A DNA stretch of 64,000 nt from Octopus sinensis (GCF_006345805.1 NC_043010.1:23436001-23500000), one strand, 5' to 3'. Counted from the first letter of the stretch, positions 13,165-27,447 are shown. Numbers and translations: made by a program. The notes: a model not told the origin generated them from the letters alone.

Positions 13165-15993
13165 TCCTTAAATCCTTAAAATGTTTCAGCCCGAAGGCCG
13201 CGGCCATGCTGGGGCACCACCGCTGAATGAGCTACACTAATTTGTGAATCCACCTCTGATACGTGGCACCTGATCAACAAGGGAGTTCCACGCCGCTGCT
13301 CGCATCTGTGTCTCCTGTCGCGAAGTAGGCTCATCTGGGACTCCCGACAAGAAGAGATCCAGTTTAGTTTTAAAGAAACCCACACCCACACCATGTAAGT
13401 CTCTCAGGCATTTAGGGAGGATGTGGTTCTCTGAAACCCAAGCTGTTGCAGTATCTGGACCTGTATTTTGATGGTGATGTTGGAATCCTTGGAACCGTTC
13501 TGCGGTTGGGGTAACTTTGAATTCCAAAGTTTGGGACAAGACCCTCCATGATTTTCCAGATGTATATCACCGTATATCTCTCCCGCCTTCGCTCTAGGGA
13601 GAAGAGATTTAATACCTTCAGTCTTTCCCAGTAGCTGATATTTTGCATTGAGACGATTTTATTTGTGTAGCTTCTCTGAATTGCTTCGAGTTCTGCTGTT
13701 AGTTTTATATTGTGTGGTGACCACAGTTGGGAGCAGTAGTTCAAGCGGCTGAGGACGAATGTTTTCCATAGGACCATCAGTGTCTCCTTCTCTCTTGTTC
13801 TGAAAGTTCGGAGAACCATCCAGCTAGCCGTCTGCATTTTATCACCAGATTAGCAATATGCACTTGGAAGATGCATCATTGCTCATGTCAATGCCCAGGT
13901 CACGCACTGATTTTGACTCAGGGATTGCAATTCTTCCTGGGCCAGTGTATCCAGTCAGCACGTCGTTTACCTTTGTGTGCCAGTAGCGTAGGGCCTGGAA
14001 TTTACCTGCATTAAACTGCATGTTGTTGTCCTCAGCCCACCTGTATATTGTGTCCAACTCCTGTTGCAGATGCGCAATATTTTCAGGGTTTTGTATTGCG
14101 TGGGAGACTTTTGTGTCATCTGTATAGCTAGCAAGGGTGATCATCGTAGCAACTGAAGGCATGTCTGAAAGGGCCCCTATGAACATCAGTGGCCCCAAGA
14201 CAGTGCCCTGTGGGACACCGCTTGCTATTTGTGTTTCCTTGGAGGTGGCTCCATTGCTCACAACTGCCTGTTTTCTGTCTTTTAGGAAGTTGTGCAGCCA
14301 CTCTCCAAGTTTTCCGCCTATGCCGAGACCACGCAGTTTGTGACAGATCATACCATGGTCGACCTTATCAAAGGCTTTTGCAAAGTCGAGATATATTACA
14401 TCCATATTTGAGCCATTTAGTAGCTGTTTCAACACCCAGTCATAGTGTTGCAGGAGCTGTGTTAGGCAGCTTCTACCTGGTCGAAATCCATGCTGGTGTC
14501 AGACAGCAAGTCATTTTCTTCAAGGAACATGATTAGTTTCTTACGGACTATTCGTTCATTCATGACTTTGCTGATGTGTGAGGTCATAAGATAGGCCTAT
14601 AATTTTTAGCATCTGCTCTCTGCTACCTCCCTTATGGATAGGGCATATTACCCCCTCTTTCAATTTGACTGGGAGCTACCACTTGCAAGAAAGCTCTTTA
14701 AAAGAAGCTGTAGCGGTTTTGCAAGGGCTCGTTTGCACGATTTGAGAAGGATCGCTGGGAATCCATCAGGTCCAGCAGCTGAGTTTGTGTCAATCTCATC
14801 TATGGCTAGTGTGATATCATCATCTTCGATGTTGATGTACTCAATTTTTGCCACTTTGGCCGCAGGTAAGGTGGCAAAGAATTCTTCTGAGTTGTTTACT
14901 TGCCTCTGTCCTAGAGGTGTAGTGAACACACTTTGGAATTGTTCGTTCAGTATTTCACTTATCCTCGTGGGATTTCCTGTGAGAGAGCCATCTTTTTGGA
15001 AGAGAGGTCCTATTCTCTGGTGCACTGTGGCTGTCTCTTTGGCAAACTTAAAGAAAGCTTCTTTATCTGCTCTCTCCTTTTCTCAGTTTCCATTAGCATT
15101 CTCTCGAGCCGAGACTTCTCACCACTTTTGGTGTGCTTGCTCAGGCCGTTCGCAATACTTGTCCGTCGTCTCATAAGAATCTTCCTTTCTCTAGGGATCC
15201 TGTTTTTGTTTTTGTGTGTGCTGGCCCTGCACACTGGGACATATTTGTCACATATGGCTTGTATTATGGACATGAAGTGTTTGTGTTTCATGTTTATGTC
15301 CGGTGTGGAGAGACATTTAGGCCAATCCTGTTTGAGGATCTCTTTCTCAATCAACTTCCAGTTTGCTTTATGAAAGTTTAAGTTGGAGAGATGGTGGATG
15401 CTTCGTATAGGCTGTGTGTCTACGGGGGCTTTTGTTCCATACATAGACAGCTCTATTATGTTGTGATCCGAGATCATTGTCGGCATCACATTAACATTAT
15501 GGATAATATCCATATTGTTTGCGAAGCAGAGATCCAGAATATTATCTGCCCTTGTTATTTGCAGAACTATTTGCTCCATGAAAGAGGCATTTGTGAGATG
15601 GAGCAGGGATTCTACCTGCGCCTGCTGATGGTGTATCATCCCTGGGAGCATCAACCCCCCCCCAGGCCATTCCTCATTGGGGAGGTTAAAGTCACCCATG
15701 AAGAATACACTGTTGTGTTGTTCAAGGTTGGTGAGGACTTCTCCTATTTTTGTTAGGCAGTCTTCAAACATGCCTCAGTGATTTGGGGCATCTGGTGGGC
15801 GATATATAGTGCATATGACGATATTCAGTTGTCTTATGTGTACAATTTGAGTTTCACACACTAAGTTTGAATATGACAACAGGACCTGGGGCGTGAGGTC
15901 ATCTCGGATGTACATTGCAACTCCACAATGGCTCCTCCCTTTTCTATCTGTGCGTATGACTGCATATTGCGGCATATGTATTTCTGCATCACC
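13161..15993 (-). mobile_element. CR1-type LINE, 5'-truncated, ORF2 (APE endonuclease + RT) broken by frameshifts and stops
   Basis: IYRPP, MGDFNLP, NILDLCF, SDHN (APE); YLDFAKAFDKVDH, SGVPQGTVLGP, YTDD (RT); SLERRRERY; 8-nt tail repeat (AGGATTTA); (TA)n on both sides. Confidence 0.92.
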
Positions 15994-16376
15994 TATATAT
16001 ATATATATAATCAAAATAAGCAACAAGCATATCCAGAGGTAATGCAGTACGATCGTTTCATGCGATTCCATTTAATTGAACAATGCAATCATTTCGTTAC
16101 ATCAATTTAAAATGTAGAGCAAACTTCAGCTGCACAAAGGCATAGAATTTAATTAAATTAGGACACATTAGTATAATCGTACCTAAAATCTCCAAGAAGA
16201 TAAGATAGACAAAGAACATATTTTACCAACAACATCATAGTTGTGTATTATATAGATATATATATATTATATATATATAATATATATATATATATAATAT
16301 ATATATATATATATTATATTCTATATATATATATATATATATTATAATATATATATATATACAGATATATATATAA

Positions 16377-16525
16377 GACGGGCTCTTTCAGTTTTCATCA
16401 ACCGAATCTACTAACAAAGCGTTGGTCGGCCCGAGGTATATGAAGACTTTTCCCAAAAAAAAAGTGCCGGTGTACTGAACCCGGACCCACGTGGTTAGTA
16501 AGCAAGCAACAGACCACATCATGCT
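16377..16525 (-). mobile_element. SINE family A, 5' half
   Basis: GACGGGCTCTTTCAGTTTTC...GAACCCGGACCCACGTGGTTAGTAAGCAAGC. Confidence 0.7.
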
Positions 16526-16592
16526 AATACACCATATAACACAACACATATATAATATGCATATGATACCAATAAGCTCTTCTATTCATCTC

Positions 16593-16670
<78 letters not shown>

Positions 16671-16714
16671 CATCTATCTATCTATCTATCCATCCATCCA
16701 TCTATCCATCCATG

Positions 16715-16789
<75 letters not shown>

Positions 16790-16876
16790 ATATATATATC
16801 TATCTATCTATCTATCTATCTATCTGTCTGTCTATCTGTCTATCTATCTATCTAACTAACTAACTATCTATCTACC
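16593..16876. repeat. (TATC)n microsatellite
   Basis: Direct reading. Confidence 0.95.
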
Positions 16877-17124
16877 TATAAATCGTAATGTTATTATCAG
16901 TCCGAATAGACTTGAGGCATGTTCGAACCGGTGAACAAGCTACTCGTGAAGTTTTGTCGCGGAAAATATATCGCCTTTGTTGACAAATGGTGTGTATACC
17001 CCTAGATCAGCTCACAGCGCCATCTGCCCGGTCCACGAGAGGCAAGCATTTCGGAGTAGTTAACTTCTCTTCAGTCACAGACACCAGAGCGCTCACCCTC
17101 TGTAATCTACCTGTAAATATATTA

Positions 17125-17161
<37 letters not shown>

Positions 17162-17379
17162 TGTGTGTGAGTGCATGTACATATATATATATATGTATAT
17201 GTACATGTGTGTATATATATATATATATATTCATTCATATGTGAAACGGTAAAAATTAACGAGATTATTCGTATCCATCTCTTTCGGCTCTGGATACCTG
17301 ATTCTTCTCAACTGGCTTTTTTTCACCAACTTTTGCCGTTTTTCTTGTATATCACCTAATCGTCTTCAGGATCAGCCTG

Positions 17380-17859
17380 GTGATGATGAAGATGATGATG
17401 TCGATGATGATGGTGATGATGATGTCGATGATGATGATGATGTCGATGATAATGATGATGATGATGAGGATGATGTTAACGATGATGATGACTATGAACG
17501 ATGACGATGAGGATGATGAAGGATGATGACGATGATGATGATGGCGATGATGATGAACGACGTTGATGATAATGATGAAGATTATTATTATTTTGATGAT
17601 GATGATGATGAATATGATGTTGATGATGATGATGATGAATATGATGTTGATAACGATGTTGATGATGATGAACGCTGATGATGATGATGATGATGATGAT
17701 GATGACGACGATGGTGGTGATGATGATGATGACAACGATGGTGATGATGATGATGATGATGATGATGATGTTGATGATGAAGGATGACGACGAGGATGAT
17801 GAATGACGTTGATGATAATGATGATGATTATTATTATTTTGATGATGATGATGATGAAT

Positions 17860-17891
<32 letters not shown>

Positions 17892-18098
17892 GGATGACGA
17901 TGAGGATGATGAAGGATGATGACGATGATGTTGATGGCGATGATGATGAACCACGTTGATGATGATGATGATTATTATTATTTTGATGATGATGATGATG
18001 AATATGATGATGATGATGATGATGATGATGAACGCTGATGATGATGATGATGATGATGATGACGACGATGGTGGTGATGATGATGATGACAACGATGG

Positions 18099-18131
<33 letters not shown>

Positions 18132-18375
18132 CAATGACGATGATCATGATGAGGATGTCGATGATAATGATCACTAACACCATCACTTTCATGGTCACCA
18201 TCATCATCATCAACAATATTCACATCAACTTCACCTCAGCAACCACCACCGTCGTAATACTTCTCATCGTCACCACCAGCGCAATGCACGGTGACGACGA
18301 CGACGACCATCACCATCACCATCATCATCATCATCATCCTCATTATCATCATCATCATCACCAATATCATCATCA
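17380..18375. repeat. Degenerate (GAT)n then (CAT)n trinucleotide array with higher-order duplication
   Basis: AACGCTGATG block at 17671 and 18031; polarity switch near 18175. Confidence 0.9.
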
Positions 18376-19609
18376 TTGTTTTAGAATGCTTTTCCTTTCG
18401 TTTTGATTTCAAATCGAAATTACTTTGCATGAACACTGCGTAAATGTGTGTGTGTGTGTGTTTGTTTGTGTGTGTGTTTGTGTGTGTGCGTTTGTGTGTG
18501 TGAGTGTGTGAATGCATGTTTGTATGTGTGAATACATACAATCCTACACACACTCTCTCTCACTCTCTCTGTTTCACTCTATCTCACTCACTCACTCTCT
18601 CTCACTCACTCACTCTCCCCTATTTCCTCCTATCTCTCTCTCCACCTCTCTCTCTCTCTCTCTCCACCTCTCTCTCTAGCTAGATATCTGTTCAAATGTT
18701 ACTTACTAATCCCCCGTTTAGCTGCTTGGAAAATATAGATTGCTTCCTCGTATTACAAAAGAAAAGCACTCTCATTGATTGATACCAGTTCATCAGGCAC
18801 CAAAATTGAGCATTTTAATATTGAAATGGACAAAGAAACAAAGAAAAAAAACACAGAAAACTCTAAAAAGTGACGAGCATGTCATTAAAGAGACTATTGT
18901 TGGCCAGAATGCACATGCGCAGGAACGCCATTCACGAAGTCACCTACAAGAACATACTCTCTCACACACGCACACACACATACATACTTATCACTCACAC
19001 ACAAGCGATGGCAGAGGCACGTGCGCATACATACACACTCTCACACTCTCTCCCTTTCTTCGTCCATCGCCATTTCAAGTACATGACCAGACGACTGCTA
19101 GAAGAAAGACACATTTCTTATGGCTAGAGGAAAGACACATTTGAAGCAGATTTGGAGGAGAAAGTGAGGTGGCGACAAAAGAACTTTGACAAGCAACTGG
19201 TCGATTATTTAACCGATTGATTAAACAAGCGATCAATTTGTTTCCTGGTTAAAAAAAACAAAACAAACTAACTAATAATTAAGAAGTGAAATTGAACCGG
19301 TGCGTGTGTTTATCATTGGCGTAATGACCCACTCTAGCAACAAAAATATTTGTAAATATTTTAGATTTAACACTCTACGTTCTATGTTAAAATTCCTCGT
19401 GACGTTTTTTCCATTATTCTTGGAGTCAACGCTACATTCGGCTAAAACCTTGCCAAGAGTATTTATGGCGTTGACATGCATAATAAAATCATTGATTTAC
19501 CGCTGATTAGTCCGGTCTGTGACAATGTATCGATTCCCGATTAAAAGCACTTCACTTAATTCATCTTTCTAATATTCTTTCAATACCAAGGAGCGAAATC
19601 TTCTTTCTT

Positions 19610-19718
19610 TCACCTTCTTATAACTATCTCTAACTTAGCATCAGTTGACAGTGAAATAGATTTTCTGCGATATGTCTTTAGAAAATCGGGGTGACAGTCT
19701 GTCGGTGTGCAACTGTGT
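19610..19718 (-). mobile_element. Possible pogo/Tigger transposase N-terminal (CENP-B-like HTH) fragment
   Basis: Translation RRKSISLSTDAKLEIVIRR resembles the RKxISLExKLEII start of these transposases; short. Confidence 0.4.
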
Positions 19719-19905
19719 ACATTTGTGTGTGTGCATATACTTGTATGTAAGTATGTATGTATGTATGTATGTATGTATGTATGTATGTATGTATGCATAC
19801 ATACATACATACATACATGATAAAAAAACGCATGTGAGTAGAGGGTACAACCGGACGGGAGACAGATACAGAGGGTCTATCTATCTGTCTGTCTGTCTAT
19901 CCCTA

Positions 19906-19974
<69 letters not shown>

Positions 19975-20172
19975 GTGGACGTGCTGTCACTTCGGCTCCG
20001 AAGGTAATCGCTTATTTTGACTATTTATAGCCCATATTTTGTGTACATTTTTGCAAATAAGGTGTGTAAGGCACCCAACTTTCGTTTGAGTGCTTTTCCA
20101 AGGGAGGAATTCGCCCCTAGGGGCAGTTTCAACCCCATTTCATTTCTGTAATTTTCTTTTTGACATTAGAAA

Positions 20173-22064
20173 ATGTCGAGAAATTTTATTGTAGAACGCT
20201 GGTCGCGTTCCTTTATGGACCAGCATTTTCCTAGTTTGGAAACGCGAGGAGAAGAAAAAAAGAACTCATGCACGCAAAGTGCAAACATGAATATCGTTGG
20301 AATGAACGCTGCAACCACGTGCGGTAACAGCCCTGTCACCACCGCCACCACCACCACCACTAACAACAGCAACCACGAGACTACTACTGCTACCACCACC
20401 ACCTCCACCACCACCACCACCACCACAACGACCAACATAAATGATAAAAATGAAACTCACGCGAATACTATTAAGAAAAACAACAACAACAACAACAACA
20501 ATAAAATGAACTATCTAATAGTGAAGATGTTAATACAAAAAAATCAACAACACCAGTAAATTTCGCTGACACTCTGCGTCAGAAGAAAGAGATTGTAACA
20601 TTTACAAATGAAGAGCTCATAGAAACGAGAGCTCTCTTTACAACCCGTGGGCAAGATTTAGTGCTACATACACCTCAACACATAAAGCAAGAAATAGAAA
20701 ATAAGACAATTATATATAAAATTATAAGAAAAACAAAAAACTAAATGAACAGATTACAAAAACAGATGTAGAAAAATGCTTAAAAAACATAATGAAAGAA
20801 AAAGAATATATAAACTGGGGTCCCCAGTTTAACACAGTAGTGGTCCGCTTCCCTAACCAGGAAGTGGCAAAAGCTCACTCTACTGAGTCTCTGGGAAATG
20901 ATGAAATCATCATGGTCCCATACTATAAAAACCAGAGAGTGAGTCGAATCACTATTAAAAATGTACCTCCCGAGATTCCTAACAAATGGATAACAGGGGC
21001 AATCTGTTACCATTTAAAAAATATCAACATTTTGGAAACCGCCGTGTACCTTGGCGACATTTGGGGTGGGAAGACAATAGTGGTGACCATACAGATTGAG
21101 GGGGCCTCTATCGAGAGCCTACCGGATAAGATCCACTTGGAAAATGGGCAATGCCTATATGTTGTAGCAGAAGGCAAAAAGCCTAGATGCTACAACTGTA
21201 GCAGCCCCGAACATTTAATTGCCAAGTGCGCTCTGGTACAGAAAAATCAAGAAAGAACAAATCAGAAAACAAATAAAAAACCCTTGTTGCCAACACCAAC
21301 ACCAACACACTCAATTACTGAACAATGCCAAGAAAAACAACAAACCAGCAAACAAACCCCAACAACATCACCAAGAAAAGAATCAGTACCAACACAATCA
21401 CCGTTGACGTCACAACCAATTCAACATGTCGAATCAAGAAAAAAATAGACCAACACCCACACCGAGGACGACAATTAAAAAGACAGAAAACAGTGACGAG
21501 AAGACAAATTCTACCCCTAACACCACAACAACACAAACACCGCACAAAACATCAACAATTTCTACAAGCATACATAGTAATGCAAATGCTTTGCCTCTAC
21601 CCCATACTGATACGTCGGACGACGAAAGTTCGACGGAATGGCAAATAGCCACAGGGGGTAAAAGGAAAAGATCCCAAAAATCCACCAAACAAGGAAGTAA
21701 AGCAGGGAGATATCTAACTCCGGACAACATCCCCCTAGACAATCAAAAAAGCAATGAAACCGTAAAACCACACACACAACTAACTGCAATAGACACAGAC
21801 AATAAAGAATTAATAGACTACATCACATCCATCACGGTCATCTGTGAAGATGACTTTAAGACAAACAATCATCCGCACACCACACCACCGAAACACATCA
21901 GAATTTTCCACATAACACAAGCACAACACCACATACTGAAAACAATATTTCCGAATGCGGTAGGCGGGTTTCAACGATACCTGTCGAAAAAACTATACAA
22001 ACACCTCATCAAAAATAATACAAAAGAAGAAGAAAAAAATGAAACATTTAAAATGAGTAAGTGA
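20173..22064 (+). pseudogene. Tx1 ORF1 (nucleic-acid-binding, zinc knuckle), interrupted
   Basis: Pieces 20173-20559, 20792-21448, 21426-22064; RITIKNVPP and CYNCSSPEHLIAKC (CX2CX4HX4C). Confidence 0.8.
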
Positions 22065-22121
22065 CCTCCCCTCTTGCCTCTTGTCTCTTCTGATGTAGTG
22101 TGTAAAACACAATTTTCGTAA

Positions 22122-25100
22122 ATGTCAAGTATGCTTAAATTAGGTTGTGTGAATGCGCGTGGCTTGACGTCGGCTTGGAAGCAAGGTTACCTTCTAAACG
22201 ACATCAAGTCACTGAATGTGGATATAGTAGCTATCAGTGAAACCAGACTCAGTAAGTCGCGGGCCCTCGAGTCCATGTTTGGCAATCAATTTGACATTTA
22301 TTTTTCTCCCTGTCTGCCGAACATGGGTGGTGGAGGTACCGTGGTGCTTTTTCGAAAGAGTCTAAATGTAAAGAGTCTGACGTGGATGGCAGAAATGGGT
22401 GTGCATTCCGTCTGATGGCAGTTTATGCACCGTCTTTAACGGGTCGGGCGGATTTCTTCAGACGTCTAGAGGTTTTCCTGGGTACGTCTAGACCTTTACT
22501 GTTAGTAGGGGATTGGAACGCTACCTTGGACACGCATCTAGATTATGTGGGAAGGGATAGGAATAGAAGGGGGAGTAAGAGCCTCAAAGACCTGCTCAGA
22601 CGTTTCCATTTGTCTGACAGGCTCCGACTCGACCATCCGAACGTGCCGACGTGGACTTGGACAAACCGCGTCGGATCGTCGAGATCTTATCTAGATAGAA
22701 TTCTATGCAGGACAGCGGATAGGGATAGTGTAGGATGTCCACAATTTAAAATAGTCAGCTACACAGATCACAAATTTGTTACGTGTACGCTCGACTTAGA
22801 TAAAACACATAGGCAGGGTCCCGGTTACTGGAAACTGAACACGTCGCTGTTAGCGCGACAGGTTTACAGGAACCGGATTAGCGAGTTAATTAAGAGGGCG
22901 CTGACGGGAGCCGTCGTTAACAACCGCTGGTAGTACGCCCTGAAAATGGCAATAAAATCGGAATCAATTAGGTTTAGCAAGGAATTAGCGATAGAACGAA
23001 ATAGAGTAGAGGGAGACTTGGTTAAGAAACTAGAAGAGGCACTTACCACTGGCAGCGCAACCGACGTGCTGGCTGCGAGGATGGCCCTCGACCAACACCT
23101 CAACGCCAAGCACGAAGGTTGCGTCGTCAGGAAGGAAGGGATCGAAGCTGCGCGAGAGGCCCGGGTAGAGGAGGCGCAGCGTGGCAACAGAGCTACCATT
23201 CGGTCTCTAATAGATCAACAGGGATGCAGTTTACTCGAACCTGAAAGGATGTGTGAGGCCTTTCAACAGCATTTTGCTCGACTGTTTGGTGCGAGTGGTG
23301 GGTCGGAACGCGGGATCGATTTCAGTGCCTACCTGACCGACCTGCTGCGGCTCTCGGCAAGAGAAGCGGAGTGTTGTGAAAGTCCCATCACAGCCGTTGA
23401 CGTGTGGGATGCGATGGCGGGCTGCGCGAGGGATAAGTCGCCTGGATTGGATGGTCTACCCTACGAGCTGTATTGTCAAATGCCAGACTTGTTTGGCGAC
23501 CTCTTGGTATCAGTCTACTGCAACTGGCAACAAAACGGGAGAATCCCCGGTTTCGTGAGCCGAGGTGCAGTGACGTTGCTGAAGAAAGACCCAAACAAGG
23601 GGAATTTTATAGATAATTTCAGGCCCATCACTCTGCTCAACGCAGATTTGAAAATTTTGGCCAAAGTAATAGCCGAGAGGTTGGCGCTTGTCATTGGTAA
23701 ACTGGTCGACAGGGCGCAAACATGCGCCGTGCCGGGCAGAACCATACATGACAACCTCCATCTGATGCGCTACATTGTGGACAGGGTAGTTAAGGATCCT
23801 GGCATGGGTGGGGCGCTGATAAATTTGGATCAGTCTAAAGCCTTCGATAGGGTCGACCATCGGTACTTGGCGGTCGTCCTCAGGGCGGCTGGCTTCGGTC
23901 CCCTCTTCCGCGGTTGGATCGCTGCCTTGTATAGCGGCATCCGATCGGTGATTCGGGTGAACGGTCACCTGTCGAAACCGTTTGACATCACGCGTTCGGT
24001 CAGTCAGGGTTGTCCCCTGTCGGCGCTTCTGTATGTATTGACTCTCGAGCCGCTACTGCGGAAGCTGGCGACACTGAGGGGCATCCCACGGGAACTGGGT
24101 TGCGGGACGAGCGTGTCGGCATATGCGGACGATGTCACCGTCATAGTGTCGAGCGACAAACACATCAAGATGATTGGCGAGACACTAAGAAAATACGAAA
24201 CGGTGACGGGAGCAAAAATTAACCCGGAAAAGTCAGTGGGTTTGCTACTCGGCACCTGGAGAAGCAAGCCCATGCCGTCCGACTGCGGCTCAGTAGTGGG
24301 ACGCTGGACGGACGGATCGGTTAAATTGCTCGGGGTCTGGTTCAGTCCGGACCTCCAAATGGATAAGAACTGGGACGAGATCACGAGTAGAGTGGTCGCT
24401 CTCAACCAAACATGGGCCGAGAGAAAGCTGTCTCTAAAAGGCCGGGCGGAGGTGGCGAACGCGTACATCGCATCCGTCATCGATTACCGCCTGACCGTCG
24501 TACCTTGTCCCGACGCCACCATCACCAAACTGGAACGCATACTCTTCCGCTTCCTGTGGAAGAGTGGCGTTCCGATGGTGAGGAAGTCCATTTGCTGTCA
24601 ACATCCGTTGAATGGAGGACTGGGCATGCCGTGGTTGATGATGCGCAGGCATGCGCTGAGACTGCGACATCTCTGGAACTTCATCGACGACGGTGAACAG
24701 GTGTGGGCGCCGTTTGTGAGGCGCGACTTCCCGCAGCTCGTCTCACTGACCGAACTGCAAACATGGATCAAAAAGAGACCGAAACTGGGCGATTGGCACC
24801 GAGAGTGTTGCCAAGCTCTACAGCAGCTCTGCCGACCGGGGTCAAACTTGTGCAACTTACAAACGACTAAAGCGTTCTATAGAGGACTAGTGGAGGGGAG
24901 GTCCGACGACACACTCGGGGCAAACCTGGGCGTCGACGAGAAATTCCTAACCCGCCTGTTCAGGACGACGTTCGGGCCGGGGCCTATGGATAACTTCCAG
25001 AAATCCCTGGCTTGGCAGTGCTATCGAGACGCACTACCTGTTCGAGAGAAGAGCTACAGACACGGTTCGAAAACCATCACCGGACCGACCTGCCCGAGAT

Positions 25101-25510
25101 GCGGTCAGAGCGACGAAACCGTTCTGCACGCACTCGTGCAGTGTCCAGATATTTCAGAGCTGTCGTCCTTCGTCGAACATCAGTTGTCACGTGTAGGTCG
25201 GGCTCGCCTATCGGCCGAGTCTATCGTGAATATTGTTCCACCACCTTCCTTTAAACGGGAAGGGAAAACGGTTTTCGTTACGCTGATGGCTATGGCGAAA
25301 GAATGTGTGTGGTGGACGCGTTTGAAAGGACTGCAAACAAACACCTTCCTCTCTGGTCAGTCTTTCGTCAACTTTTTCAAGTACCACTTGAAAAGGAGGA
25401 TGAGAATAGAGAGGAAGGCTTTGTCGAACGAATGTTTTAATAAAAAGTGGGTAAAAGTGGCAAAAATGGTCAGTATGAAAGACGACACTATTTTAAGCAT
25501 AATTCTGTAA
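22122..25510 (+). pseudogene. Tx1 ORF2 (APE endonuclease, reverse transcriptase, C-terminal zinc finger); frameshift ~22390 and stop at 22931
   Basis: CVNARGL, AISETRL, GDWNA, YLDRI, TDHK; KSPGLDGL, NLDQSKAFDRVDH, QGCPLS, YADD; CPRCGQSDETVLHALVQC; 854 aa open from 22946. Confidence 0.93.
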
Positions 25511-25783
25511 CCAAAAGAGACAACGAGAAGTAAGGCAACTTACTCATGTGTTCTTTTTCGAATTGTCTGAGGTGACCTTGGTCTTTTTTGTAGGTTTTTC
25601 TTTCCAAGGCTACACCTAAACTGTGAACCTTATATATATATATATATATATATTGCTTTTTTATACACCACACAACCCACAGATTCCTATTGATCAAACG
25701 TTTTTTTTTGTGCCCCACCCATCCCACATTGTATTTCGTCCATTTTTATTCTGTGTTTAGCCCTGTGTGGCTACAATAAAAAG

Positions 25784-25853
<70 letters not shown>

Positions 25854-25888
25854 GTCAATCTATCTATCTATCTGCCTATCTATCTGTA

Positions 25889-25945
<57 letters not shown>

Positions 25946-25990
25946 GTCTTTCTGTCTGTCTGTCTGTCTGACTGCCTGTCTGACTGACTG

Positions 25991-26124
<134 letters not shown>

Positions 26125-26132
26125 ATATATAT

Positions 26133-26189
<57 letters not shown>

Positions 26190-26304
26190 ACTTATAAACA
26201 ATTTCGATTATAAGTTGTTTATGAAATCTAACCTTTAAAGGTATTTTTTTAATATGCTGGCCATGGATAAAATTTTTTCGAAAATATTTATCCTATATTA
26301 TATA

Positions 26305-26345
<41 letters not shown>

Positions 26346-27169
26346 TCTTATTTCGGCCAGAGTTCTTTCGTCACACTCCTGTGACCGCATCAGTGGTCCT
26401 TTGTTTTCTTCTTTCTTATTTGTGTCTCTCCATCCATCAATCTATCTATATGTGCGTGTATATAAATGTAAGTGTACACATATACGTTTATGTATGTATG
26501 TATCTATCAATCTATCTATATATATATGTGTGTGCGTGAGTGTCTGTGTATGTATATATATGAATATACTTATGTATAAAGATGTATTTATATATAAACA
26601 TACATACATACATACGAACACACACACACCCACACACACACACAACACACACATGCAAGGCATTGGTCACAGCAAGACGCTATGAGTGGATAAAATTCAA
26701 GCAGAACTGAAGAAGATGAAGAAGACGCACTTATTAAATGGCTCCCTCGTTTAATGCCGTGATTACAGGAGGCTGGTGACGTCACACGTCAATAAGAAGA
26801 AGCTAGCATCGCCCCTGTATCTAAGACGGTTGAAAAGAAGGAATGAATGAATGAAAGAAGGAAGGAAGGAAGGAAGGAAGAAAGAAAGAAAGAAAGAAAG
26901 AAAGAGAGGAAGAAAAGAAAGAAGGAAGGAAGGAAGGAAGGAAGGAAGGAAGGAAGGAAGGAATTCCCCTCTTGCTATATCTTACTGAGAATTGTACTGA
27001 TGAAGAGGCTGAATTAAGGAAATTGAAGAAGAGGTCACGGCTGTAAATCAGCATGGCTTCAGAAGAAAAAACAATGTTGGTATGATTTGCTCCTTCCTAC
27101 AGATTCAGAAAAAGATATTTACGGGTCCTTCGCTGGTTACGATGACGAATGTTGCAGTCAATCCAATCA

Positions 27170-27447
27170 GCGGAATAGCCTGCCCATCATGAAATTAAAG
27201 TGCAAACGGCCGAGTACTGCACAGACACATGAACCCTTAACGTAGAATTCGGAGAAATTCGGTGTGACACAGAATGTGACAAGTGTGGACCCATTACAAT
27301 TACTGGTGCAACTCATTTTGCCAGCTGAGTGGACTAAAAAGAAGTGAAATAGTGTCCTGCTCAAGGATACAACACGCCGCCAGGAATCGAACTCACGACC
27401 TTACGATTGTGAGCGGAATACCCCTATCACTAAGCCACGAGCCTTCT
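27170..27447 (-). mobile_element. tRNA-derived SINE, family D (CORE-like)
   Basis: Minus: GTGGCTTAGTGATAGGG A-box, GAGTTCGATTCC B-box, CCTTGAGCAGGACAC core. Confidence 0.75.

Larger units (their letters stand above)
19975..25784 (+). mobile_element. Tx1/L1-clade LINE, near full length (~5.8 kb), embedded in (TATC)n
   Basis: ORF1 with CCHC knuckle, ORF2 with APE-RT-CCHC, AATAAA at 25775-25780; (CTAT)n ends at 19974 and resumes at 25785. Confidence 0.93.
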
